From a virus: a stretch of 64,000 bases of DNA. The notes under the pieces are model-generated. The model was not told the origin of the DNA. It searched no databases and saw nothing but the letters and a program-made list of their open reading frames with translations. Both the position numbers and the translations under genes were made by a program. The stretch's first letter is position 1. The number at the start of each line of letters is the position of its first letter. Location: positions 32,001 to 96,000 of IMG/VR virus record IMGVR_UViG_3300049734_000491; one strand, 5' to 3'. Positions 19,170 through 28,232 of the stretch are shown here, piece by piece.

Positions 19170-19735
19170 GGACGTCAACCCTCTGCTGTGTGAGGCTGAG
19201 GTGTACCACAGGTAGGTTGGGGCAGGGGCAGGGAGGGGGAGGGTGGGGTGAGTGAGTGAGGTGAGGATGCTCCGCTGGTCGGGCTGGGAGCGGGCTGAGG
19301 TGAAGTGAGCAAGGCAGAGGGGTGGGGTGGGGGGTGGGCAGGGGGTGGGGGTGGGCAGGGGTGGGAGAGCTCCGCCGTGCGCCCACCCTCCTTTGAGGTG
19401 ATCGAGAGGCAGGCAGGGGGTGGGGGTTGGGGGGTGGGGTGGGGTGGCCCTGTGCTGTGCAGTGTGCACTGTGATGCGTGTGCTGGTGAGGTGCACTGTG
19501 TCAGGTGAGATGTGATGTGCACTGTGGTGGTGAAGGCAGGTGCTGTGCTGTGTGAGGTGCACCTGCAGGCGCGAGTGAAGGTGGTGAGCACCCTGTGCAA
19601 GGTGGGGTAGGGGGTCGGCCCCTTCCCCGGCGGACGGCCGGGCGGAGCGGTCCAGGGGCGAGTTTCTCGAGGGCCGGGCCCCCGGGCGCGCACACCCCCC
19701 ACCCAGATTTTTGGCTCGCGTAAGCCCCAAATACT
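19170..19735. other. G/T-rich low-complexity non-coding island with G-tracts; candidate packaging/terminus or origin region
   Basis: Runs such as GGGGTGGGGTGGGGGGTGGGCAGGGGGTGGGGGTGGG, repeated GTGCAC/TGTG motifs, ending in CCCCCCACCCAGATTTTT; no credible ORF. Confidence 0.6.
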
Positions 19736-19850
19736 CCACAAACCTCCGAACATCCCCTACCATCAACAACAGAGCGCCCCCGGGACCTCATTTACGGACG
19801 TCGTATCCGCCACGGCTCCACGCCGTGAACCGTGAATGAGGAGTCCCCCA

Positions 19851-22085
19851 GTGGATGAGTTCGCAGAACGGCTGGCTGATCTGGCCAACTTGTCAGACGA
19901 AGACCTGTCCGCTCTCGAGCAGGAACTGGTCGCAGCGTTCCAGGCCGCTGACCAAGGCGGCGACGTGGACACGATGCAAGCACTGGCCGAAGCCATCGAC
20001 CAGGTCCGTGCGGAGGTGGCCAAGCGTCAGGGACAGGGTGGAGAGGCCCCCGCAGAGGGTGCCCCGCCCGCTCCCCCCGCTGCTCCGGTGCCGGCCAGTG
20101 GGACCCCCTCTCCCTCTCCCACACCCGAGGAGGCCCCCGTGACGGCTTCATCCGACGAGCCCACCCCGTCGACCCCGCCCCCGACCGAGGGCCCCACCGA
20201 GGAAGCTCCCGAGCCCTCGGCCCAGAAGCCCGACGAGCCGCCGGGTCAGTCCGACGACAAGCCCGGGGCCGACCCGGCCACACCTGCGACCCCCGCCGAT
20301 CCCGGCACCGACCCCGCCACTCCCGCAGAGCCGGCGACCCCGGCAACCCCGCCCGATCCCAACGCTCCCGAGCCGGAGGACCCGAGCACCAAGCCGGTCC
20401 CCGATCCGGATCCCAAGACGGACGAGACCTCCGATGCCGACTCCACCACCGAGTCGGACTCACCCCAGACCACCGACACGACCACCGACCCCGACACACA
20501 GACGGCCGCCGCCGATGAGACGGACGCCACCTCAACCTCACCATCCGACGAGTCGGCCAACCCGGCCGACCCCAACCCGACCGAGTCCGAGTCCGATCCC
20601 ACTCCAGAACAGGAGGCCGAGGTGGCCGCCGAGATCTCAACCGACATCCCCAGCGAAAACCAGCCCACCCAAGCCGTGGCGGCCAGCCCCCAGCCCCTCG
20701 TCCCGACCATTCGTGTCGGTGGCGACGTGCCGGGCTACACCGCCGGCGCAGAGCTGCCGAACTTCGAGGCCGCGATCGAGGCGATGACCGCCAAGGTCAA
20801 CAACCTCAGAGGCATCGGCGGTGACGGCGAGCACATCCTCGTCGCATCCATGCGGCACGAGCTCACCCAGGACGAGGATCACTTCCTCCGCCAGGGTGAC
20901 CCCGACGGCAACAGCCGCAAGATCCGCCAGCTCATCTCGGATCCCGAGAAGCTCACGCCCGAGGCACTTCTCGCCGCAGCGTGGTGCGCCCCCTCGGCCC
21001 CGATCTACGACGTGCCGACCATCGGCACGACGAACCGGCCGATCCGGGACGCCCTCCCCTCGTTCACCGCAGACCGTGGTTCCATCAACTGGATGAGCCC
21101 GCCGTCCCTGCCGAACGAGTTCAACCTGGTCGCCGGAGAAGGCGAGGACCGTCACAACGCCACCCACTCGGTGTGGACCGAGGGGGCAACCCCCGGCGTC
21201 AACGAGGCGCACGAGGCCTACCCGGTGGGCAACACCAACCCGACCGGAACCACGCCGGCGGGCCTCAAGCCCTGCTTCGACGTGCCGTGCGGGACCGAGC
21301 AGAACGCGGCGCTCGACGCGCTCACGATCTGCCTCTGCTTCGACAACCTGATGGCCCGTGCGTTCCCCGAGTGGATCCGGGCGAACACCGAGCTCACGAT
21401 GGTCGCCCAGGCCCGTTGGGCCGAGCAGTGGCTCATGCACCACCTGTGGTCGAACCTCCCCTCGGGCACCCCGTGCATCATCGGCACGCCCGACGTCGTG
21501 CTCGGTGCGGCCCGGGACTTCCTGACCACGGTGCGCCTCGCCGCCAGCCAGTTCCGGTGGCGGAACCGCATCGCCCCGAACGCGCCGCTGCAGCTCCTCG
21601 TGCCCTCCTGGCTCCATGACGCCATCGCCGATGACCTCACGATCCAGATCCCGGGTGACGACAAGATCTCGATCTCCAACGCCGAGATCGACGGCTACCT
21701 GTCCGACATCAACGTGCAGCCGATCTGGTACATCGACGACGTGCCCACCGGTGCCGGCGATGCGACCGCGGTGGCGGCCGGAGCCAACTTCGACTCCTAC
21801 TGCGGCTTCCCCGCCACGGCGGAGTGGTTGCTGTTCCCGACCGGGACGTTCATCCGCCTCGACGGCGGCTCGCTCGACCTCGGCGTCGTCCGGTCCAAGG
21901 AGGACATCCAGAGGAACAAGTACTGCGAGTTCTCGGAGACCTTCGAGGGCGTCGCGTACATGGGTCCGATGGACAAGGACTCCGCCGGCAGCTGGGTCGT
22001 GCGTGGCCAGACCAAGATCGAGATCCGTGGCGGCTTCGCCCCGGCGGTCCCGACCATCGCAGCCGGCGGCATCCTGGCTGAGTGA
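19851..22085 (+). CDS. Major capsid protein with fused N-terminal scaffold-like segment
   Basis: GAGGAG RBS before GTG 19851; helical N-terminus and P/T/D/E linker; WCAPS.PIYD, DALP.F.ADRG, KPC, LDGG.LDLGVVR, N.Y..F.ETFEG motifs. Confidence 0.85.
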   Translation: MDEFAERLADLANLSDEDLSALEQELVAAFQAADQGGDVDTMQALAEAIDQVRAEVAKRQGQGGEAPAEGAPPAPPAAPVPASGTPSPSPTPEEAPVTASSDEPTPSTPPPTEGPTEEAPEPSAQKPDEPPGQSDDKPGADPATPATPADPGTDPATPAEPATPATPPDPNAPEPEDPSTKPVPDPDPKTDETSDADSTTESDSPQTTDTTTDPDTQTAAADETDATSTSPSDESANPADPNPTESESDPTPEQEAEVAAEISTDIPSENQPTQAVAASPQPLVPTIRVGGDVPGYTAGAELPNFEAAIEAMTAKVNNLRGIGGDGEHILVASMRHELTQDEDHFLRQGDPDGNSRKIRQLISDPEKLTPEALLAAAWCAPSAPIYDVPTIGTTNRPIRDALPSFTADRGSINWMSPPSLPNEFNLVAGEGEDRHNATHSVWTEGATPGVNEAHEAYPVGNTNPTGTTPAGLKPCFDVPCGTEQNAALDALTICLCFDNLMARAFPEWIRANTELTMVAQARWAEQWLMHHLWSNLPSGTPCIIGTPDVVLGAARDFLTTVRLAASQFRWRNRIAPNAPLQLLVPSWLHDAIADDLTIQIPGDDKISISNAEIDGYLSDINVQPIWYIDDVPTGAGDATAVAAGANFDSYCGFPATAEWLLFPTGTFIRLDGGSLDLGVVRSKEDIQRNKYCEFSETFEGVAYMGPMDKDSAGSWVVRGQTKIEIRGGFAPAVPTIAAGGILAE

Positions 22086-22097
22086 TCTCAGGAGGTG

Positions 22098-22132
22098 GTG
22101 CTCCCCCTGCTCTCGGCTCGCCGGGGGAGCAC
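22098..22132 (+). terminator. Hairpin after the capsid gene
   Basis: GTGCTCCCCC...GGGGGAGCAC inverted repeat. Confidence 0.55.
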
Positions 22133-22211
22133 ACACCCCAACAACCCACTCCGCCACCCCGCCCCGACCCCGCCCCATCCAGACCCGCAGTAGCACCAGA
22201 AAGGACATACC

Positions 22212-23096
22212 ATGGCCTACCGCGACATGGCGTCAAGCGTTCAGGGTCGTCTCATCCGAGTCACGCCCCTCACCGTCGATGGCGCGGTGGACGAGACCAA
22301 GCCGGTGTGGATCTCGAATGGGTTCATCACGGCCACGTTCTCACCCGAGTTCGAGGACGGCGACGAGATCACCGAGAAGGCAGCCGACGGCTCGGTCTGC
22401 ATCTCCTACAAGGCACCCGACTCCTTCAAGCGACTGAACTTCAACCTGTCCCTGTGCTCACCGGACCCGGAGTCGGCCGCGGTGCTGGCGGGCGGTCTGC
22501 TCATCGAGGGCGGAGCCGGCTGCGACACCAGCGAGGGTCAGGTCATCGGCTACTCGTCCCCGCCCGTCGGTGACGCCGGTGAGAACCCGGTGGCGATCGA
22601 GGTGTGGTCCACGGCCAACATCGGCGGTCGACCCGCAGCGGGTCAGCCGTGGTTCCACTGGGTCTTCCCGTACGTGAAGGTGCGGTACACCGGAGATCGT
22701 GAGTTCGGCAACGCAGCGCTCTCCAACGAGTTCGAGGGTCAGGGACTCGGCAACGTGGCCCTCGCCGACACCGGGCTGTATCCCAAGGACACCATGAACG
22801 AGACCGGCGCCTTCCCCCGTGAGCAGGAGGAGGACTGGGTCACCTACCGAGCTGCGCTCATGAACCCGTTCTCCTACGTGCGGTCGTGTGACAACCTCAC
22901 CGACGAGTACGGGGCGGACTACGTCGAGCGTGGGTTCCACTTCTTCAACACCGGCCAGCCGGGCGTCGTGCCGTGGCCTCCGGCCCAGGTCATCAGCCCG
23001 AACGAGACCATGGACGAGTCGGGCCGCCCGACCGTGCCGGCCCCGAGCCCAGCCACCTCTGTCGAAGCGGGCTTCCCCGGCACCTGGACCAACTGA
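22212..23096 (+). CDS. Major tail (tube) protein
   Basis: SVQG..IRVT.L, F.PEFEDGDEITEKAADGSVC.SYKAPD..KR, C.PDPE, VAIEVWS, FHWVFPY. Confidence 0.85.
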   Translation: MAYRDMASSVQGRLIRVTPLTVDGAVDETKPVWISNGFITATFSPEFEDGDEITEKAADGSVCISYKAPDSFKRLNFNLSLCSPDPESAAVLAGGLLIEGGAGCDTSEGQVIGYSSPPVGDAGENPVAIEVWSTANIGGRPAAGQPWFHWVFPYVKVRYTGDREFGNAALSNEFEGQGLGNVALADTGLYPKDTMNETGAFPREQEEDWVTYRAALMNPFSYVRSCDNLTDEYGADYVERGFHFFNTGQPGVVPWPPAQVISPNETMDESGRPTVPAPSPATSVEAGFPGTWTN

Positions 23097-23111
23097 CCGC
23101 AGGAGCGCATC

Positions 23112-23777
23112 ATGGCCGTGGCCAAGACACCAGCAACCCTCGACGAGGCCAACAACCTCGAGGACTTCATCCCGCCCACCGAGCCCTGGCCCGCCGGGGC
23201 GTGGGTCATGATCGGCGGTGGCACGACGGGCCAGCCGGAGCGGGAGATCTTCTGGAGCGATTCCGCAGGTCAGTTCGACTACGGCTTCGCCCCAGACACC
23301 TCCGGCGGCAACGACATCACCGAGGACATCCTCGGCGATGCCGACGACCTGCCCAACACCCTCACCGCCCTCAAGACCGATCCCAACTACGGGGACGGTC
23401 GGCTGTCCACGGTCGATGTCAACAAGTTCACGACGGGGAAGTACGTGCAACTCGACACGGGGCAGGCCTACTACGACTCGGGCCAGTCGGGCACGCCCCC
23501 GGTCGGGACCGGCGTCTGGCAGACGGGGGCCTCACCGGGCGAGCCGGTGGAGAAGGTCACCGGCGTGCAGACCGGGACCCCCGGCAAGTGGCTCCCCGAC
23601 GGCGTCACCCCACCGGAGACCCTCACCTACGCCAACGCCCTCGCGGACGGCTCACCCGCCAACGGCTTCAGCAAACCCGGTGTCACCCCTTGGGCGGCGG
23701 GTGAGCACGTGTTCCTCAAGGGCGGTGTCCAGGACGTCACCTGGGACGGGACCGACTTCGTCGACGTCACTCCCTGA
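23112..23777 (+). CDS. Virion accessory protein made of repeated W..G..V.L..G...WDG modules
   Basis: AGGAG RBS; in frame with the tail tube gene. Confidence 0.7.
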   Translation: MAVAKTPATLDEANNLEDFIPPTEPWPAGAWVMIGGGTTGQPEREIFWSDSAGQFDYGFAPDTSGGNDITEDILGDADDLPNTLTALKTDPNYGDGRLSTVDVNKFTTGKYVQLDTGQAYYDSGQSGTPPVGTGVWQTGASPGEPVEKVTGVQTGTPGKWLPDGVTPPETLTYANALADGSPANGFSKPGVTPWAAGEHVFLKGGVQDVTWDGTDFVDVTP

Positions 23778-23833
23778 TCCGCCCCTCCTCCACCCCACCC
23801 CACCCGCCCAAAGCGGAAAGGAGGGCGGGAACC

Positions 23834-24397
23834 ATGGTCCATCCCGCCCTCTACCTCACCGACGTCCAGACGGGTCGGTCCGTGATCCCTCCGTGGCCGG
23901 GACCACCCGCCATCGGTGCCGAGCCCCCGCACCCCGATCCCCTGGTCACCCCCCACTCGTACCTGGACCCCTACATCGCGGACGAGCCCTACCCGTACAC
24001 GGAGTTCGTGGACTGGGGGTCACGGATCACGGCACTGGTCATCCCTGCACCTGACCCGCCCGTTCTGCACTCCTGGGGTCTCGGGCCGTCCTGTGGTGGG
24101 CTGGCCGCCCTGCAACCCCGCCACCTCGGCGGCGGTCTGTACGACTGGGTGATCGGGACGGACCCGGACATTGCACCGTGCCACAGCGCAGCCATCGCCG
24201 AGTGCTGGCTGACGATCCCGGACCTGTACCTGGATCCGCCTCCCGACTTCGGGCGCCACGAGTCGGTCCACACCTCGAGGGCCGACATCGCCTACCACGT
24301 TCCCCTCCCAGCACGGCTGGCGTGCGTGTACTCGGCCCCGCCCCGGTTGACCTCCGCCATCACGTTCAACCCCTACACCAACTCATCGGGCCCATGA
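23834..24397 (+). CDS. Pro-rich hypothetical protein (187 aa)
   Basis: GGAGG RBS; ATGA overlap with next gene. Confidence 0.55.
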   Translation: MVHPALYLTDVQTGRSVIPPWPGPPAIGAEPPHPDPLVTPHSYLDPYIADEPYPYTEFVDWGSRITALVIPAPDPPVLHSWGLGPSCGGLAALQPRHLGGGLYDWVIGTDPDIAPCHSAAIAECWLTIPDLYLDPPPDFGRHESVHTSRADIAYHVPLPARLACVYSAPPRLTSAITFNPYTNSSGP

Positions 24398-25890
24398 GTC
24401 CTCCCGGCAATCCCTTCGACGATCCGGCTCCCATCCCAAACCCCGACGTCCACCAGCCGGTGTGGCCGCCCGAGCAGACCCGCCAGCCGACCCTGCCCGA
24501 CGGCACGCCCATCCATCCGTTGCCGCCCGGCGTCTCGGTCCGGGGCCGGGCCACCCCGCCCCTGAACCTGGCTGCAGCCAACGACCTGTTGCACAGCCTC
24601 AGCTTCCAGCGGCCCCTGCACGCCTGGCCGGCCGATGCGTGGGTCCAACTGCTGGACGGGACGAGCGTGCGATGGGATCACGACCAGCAGCAGTTCGTGC
24701 CCTTCTACCCGCCGATCCCCTACACCGAGCCGGACACCGCCCTCGATCCCGGGGTCCATTCCGACCCCCGCAACCCCACCCCCACCGCGACCCCGGACTT
24801 CATCGACATCACGCTCAAGATCTTCGGGCGGCTCCCGATCTCCTACAACCTCGAAGAGCTCCGGAACGACCGCTACATCGGAAATCGCATGTTGACGGGG
24901 ACGTTCCAGCACCGGGAGCACGTCGCCCTCCTCGACGGGACCTACGCCTACTACGACGGTTCCCGCTGGGAGTTCGGGCCCGCCCCTCCGGCGCCCGCAG
25001 GTACCACCTCCCCCCAACCCCTGCGGGACTACGCCTACCACCTCAACCCTGCGATCGCGGACGCCAAGCCCCAACTCGCGCCCCGGGCGAACAAACCGTT
25101 CATCGCAGCGCCCCAGCCCTTCCCCCTGCCGTCACTCCCCGAACCACCCACCGAACCGCCTCCCTCTGGGCCGTCCTTCTCCTACGAGCTGGTCCCCCAC
25201 ACCTCGGTCGACGGGATCACGACGTCGGTCACCCTGGTCCTGCCCGGGGACTACCCGCTCGGCTCGTACGTGTTCGTCATCTCGGCGGTGCACACGATCT
25301 CGGCGGTGACGGTCACGGCCTCGGGGGACCTCCCCCTCGGCCAGATCACCAGCGGCTACGCAGACCAGGGCGACATGAAGGTCTCCTGCTTCCGGGCCCA
25401 ACTGACGACAGCCGCTGCGTTGAACCCGGTCGTGACGCTGACAGCGGATGCCTCGGTCGGGCCGTGGGCGACGTTGGTGCTCACCTACGTTCCGGACCCC
25501 ATCACCTCTGCCAGCCAGAACCTGCACGACATCAACACGTACAACTACGCGGCGCTGCCCGACATCGGCCTCACCGTGCCGGCCGATGAGCCTTCCTTGG
25601 GCTCGGGCGAGGACTACGTGTACCTCGGGTTCCATGCGACGAACAACACCGCACGGACGGTGACGCCCTCGCTCGGGTGGATCACGGGCGGGACGGTCGC
25701 ATCCACCGAGGCGGCGGACAACGTCGGGATCACGTGGCAGCACCGCCACGGGCAGGGCGAGCCGGTCCGGCCCGACGCAGCCACCGATGCCCCGGGTGAT
25801 TGGTGGATCTCCTTCGCCCACGCCATCTTCGTGGCGGAGCCGTCTACCGCCATCACGCCAGCCACACCAACCCCCGAGGACCCAGGATGA
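24394..25890 (+). CDS. Putative structural protein (~498 aa) with WDG modules and C-terminal beta-rich domain
   Basis: ATGA overlaps at both ends; WPADAWVQLLDG..WD and HVALLDGTYAYYDGSRW. Confidence 0.65.
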   Translation: MSPPGNPFDDPAPIPNPDVHQPVWPPEQTRQPTLPDGTPIHPLPPGVSVRGRATPPLNLAAANDLLHSLSFQRPLHAWPADAWVQLLDGTSVRWDHDQQQFVPFYPPIPYTEPDTALDPGVHSDPRNPTPTATPDFIDITLKIFGRLPISYNLEELRNDRYIGNRMLTGTFQHREHVALLDGTYAYYDGSRWEFGPAPPAPAGTTSPQPLRDYAYHLNPAIADAKPQLAPRANKPFIAAPQPFPLPSLPEPPTEPPPSGPSFSYELVPHTSVDGITTSVTLVLPGDYPLGSYVFVISAVHTISAVTVTASGDLPLGQITSGYADQGDMKVSCFRAQLTTAAALNPVVTLTADASVGPWATLVLTYVPDPITSASQNLHDINTYNYAALPDIGLTVPADEPSLGSGEDYVYLGFHATNNTARTVTPSLGWITGGTVASTEAADNVGITWQHRHGQGEPVRPDAATDAPGDWWISFAHAIFVAEPSTAITPATPTPEDPG

Positions 25891-26660
25891 CTGCACCGTT
25901 CCGCTCCAAGGAAGACTTCATCGAGGATGGTGACTGGCTCGGAGGCGGCGAGGACTACAGCAACTACACGGGTCCCGTCACTCCCGGCAAGCCCGGCAGC
26001 TATTCCTCCACACCCCCCGCCCTCGGCGAGATCACCGACCCCGGTGAGTTCAACAACCACCCCATCTACGGCGCTGCCGCCATGGCGGTTGACCCAGCCT
26101 GGCCGACCGACACGTGGGTGTTCACCTCGGCAGGCTCACCCGACGACTTCTGCTGGCTGTGGGATGGATCCACTTGGGTGACGCTCTTCATCGAGCCGGG
26201 AGAGCCCGGAACATGGAGCGTGCGCCCAGCACCAGCCAACCTGAGCGCACTCCGGTCTGATCCGGTGTACGGAACCGCCCAGTCAACGAAGTTGGCTGCC
26301 CTTGGCTGGGAGTTCAACCTCGGTGATTGGATGGTCCTCGGTGACAGCTCCCAATGCCACTGGGACGGTGACTCGTGGGAGGCCGGTCCGTACTACGGGA
26401 CCGGTCCGTGGATTTTCAGCCTTGTCCCGGACCGCATCGAGTTCGACGGAGGACCACGCACGATCACGATCAACGGACAGAACTTCACTCCGGCCAGCAC
26501 GATCACACTCTCGAGCAACGCTCATCCGAGCACCTACGTGAATCCCACCACCATCACGTTCGTCTTCGATCCGGGCGGCGTTCTCGCGACCCTCGGGGTC
26601 GAGGTGCACGACGGCGGGAACACATCGAACGGCATCAACCTCATCGTGCAGGATTCATAA
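25887..26660 (+). CDS. Structural protein with WDG modules and C-terminal IPT/TIG-like Ig domain
   Basis: ITINGQNFTPAS...TYVNPTTIT...TSN. Confidence 0.7.
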   Translation: MTAPFRSKEDFIEDGDWLGGGEDYSNYTGPVTPGKPGSYSSTPPALGEITDPGEFNNHPIYGAAAMAVDPAWPTDTWVFTSAGSPDDFCWLWDGSTWVTLFIEPGEPGTWSVRPAPANLSALRSDPVYGTAQSTKLAALGWEFNLGDWMVLGDSSQCHWDGDSWEAGPYYGTGPWIFSLVPDRIEFDGGPRTITINGQNFTPASTITLSSNAHPSTYVNPTTITFVFDPGGVLATLGVEVHDGGNTSNGINLIVQDS

Positions 26661-26704
26661 CCCCACCGGCACACCACACCCGCCCCTACCCCAAAGGACC
26701 CGTA

Positions 26705-27193
26705 ATGCCATCAACATTCGTCTCCAAGGAGAACTTCGTCGAGAACGACGACTGGCTCGAGGGACCGGCCGGTGCGGCCGACGACCCCAAGATCACCGGC
26801 GTCACGCCGACCGGGCTCACCGTCGCCTCACCCTCCACGCTCATGACCGTGACGGGCACCGAGTTCATCTCGGGCTCGGTGATCGAGATCGCCCAGCAAG
26901 CCCGTGCCACGACGTTCGTGAACGCCACCACCCTGACCTGCCAGTGGGATCCCCAGGTTGCCGCCACCGTCAACTTCACCGTGCGGAACCCCAACCAAGA
27001 GGAGTCCAATTCCTGGCCGTACACGGTGGGGGCACTCGCTGCCGCCGACGTGTCGGGCATGTCGATCGACGAGGTGAAGGACTACGTCCGGAACAACCCG
27101 GACCAACTCTCCGAGGTGGCCCAGTTCGAGCGCAACGGCCAGAACCGCCCAGAACTGGTCGCTTGGCTGCAGGCCCTCCTCGACGAGGAGTGA
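26705..27193 (+). CDS. IPT/TIG-like domain protein with short helical C-terminal domain
   Basis: AAGGA RBS; PKITGVTP..MTVTGTEF...TTFVNATTLT...VRNP..SN. Confidence 0.75.
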   Translation: MPSTFVSKENFVENDDWLEGPAGAADDPKITGVTPTGLTVASPSTLMTVTGTEFISGSVIEIAQQARATTFVNATTLTCQWDPQVAATVNFTVRNPNQEESNSWPYTVGALAAADVSGMSIDEVKDYVRNNPDQLSEVAQFERNGQNRPELVAWLQALLDEE

Positions 27194-27257
27194 TCCAAGG
27201 AGCCTCAGCACCCCCCAAGTACGCTGAAGAAACCTGAGCTAACCAAAGGAGCTCACC

Positions 27258-27458
27258 ATGGTTGCAACAATCTGGAGCGGAGCCGCCAACGCCAGCGACT
27301 GGTTCTTCCTGATCGCGACGATCCTGGCTGGACTCGCAGCCATCCTCCACCTACTGCCGGCACCGACCACGACATCACCGGCGGCGAAGTTGCCGTGGAC
27401 GTCGTTTCTCGTGGCGGCTGCCATCGCGTTGGTCGCTCTCGGCCTGCTGGCCATCTGA
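27258..27458 (+). CDS. Small two-TM membrane protein (66 aa)
   Basis: AAGGAG RBS; two hydrophobic helices. Confidence 0.7.
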   Translation: MVATIWSGAANASDWFFLIATILAGLAAILHLLPAPTTTSPAAKLPWTSFLVAAAIALVALGLLAI

Positions 27459-27461
27459 TCC

Positions 27462-28232
27462 ATGCCCCGCGTCGTCCTCCCCGAGATCCACAGAGAAGTC
27501 TGGGCCGATCCGGCCACCTTCGCCGAGGCGAACGCCATCTCGGTGGAGGACGCGTGGTACATGCTGTCCGAGGCAACCTGGCTGCTCAGCACCCTCACCG
27601 ACGGCCGGGTGCACGGAGGCGGTTGGTGGGAGGACCGCATCCGGATCACGCCGGGCACCTGTGATGTGGCCCTCGCACATGGGCCGGTGATCGCCGTCAG
27701 CCAGGTTGTGCGGACCCATCACTGCGGCTGCGACCAAGAAGTCCTCGACGACTTCTGCATCATCGACGATCGCACCCTCCGCTTCTGCTGCGGCGGCCCG
27801 TGCCAAGGTCTCTTCCGAGGCTGCTGCGATGACTGGAACGTGATCGTCCGGTACCAGCAGGCCCCGTGCCTCCCGCCCGGGAGCCAGGCTGCGGTGATCG
27901 CACTCGCCAACGAGTACGTCAACGCCGTGACCGGCAAGCCGTGCAAGCTCCCCGAGCGGATCAACAACGTGACCCGCCAAGGAGTCAGCTGGACGATCAT
28001 GGACCCCCAGACCTTCCTGAAGGAGGGCTTCACCGGCATCGGGGTCATCGACCACTGGTTGCAGGCCGCCAAGTTGGCCTGCCCCGACCAGCTCCGGATC
28101 ACCGACGTCCTCAAGGGGGTTGTGATCTCCTCCACACCGCTCGACGTCGAGCCGGCCCCGTTCCTCGGCACTGCCTTCTCGTTCGGGTTCGACGTTCCCG
28201 ACGACCACCAACCCGACACGGAGCCGTGCTGA
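27462..28232 (+). CDS. Head-to-tail adaptor
   Basis: CKLPERINNVTRQGVSW...GFTGIGVIDHWL motif of actinophage adaptors. Confidence 0.8.
   Translation: MPRVVLPEIHREVWADPATFAEANAISVEDAWYMLSEATWLLSTLTDGRVHGGGWWEDRIRITPGTCDVALAHGPVIAVSQVVRTHHCGCDQEVLDDFCIIDDRTLRFCCGGPCQGLFRGCCDDWNVIVRYQQAPCLPPGSQAAVIALANEYVNAVTGKPCKLPERINNVTRQGVSWTIMDPQTFLKEGFTGIGVIDHWLQAAKLACPDQLRITDVLKGVVISSTPLDVEPAPFLGTAFSFGFDVPDDHQPDTEPC

Noticed and set aside
19230-19238. Exact match to the reverse complement of spacer CCCCTCCCT in the G-rich island
   Set aside because: The region is low-complexity and there is no partner spacer A match nearby.
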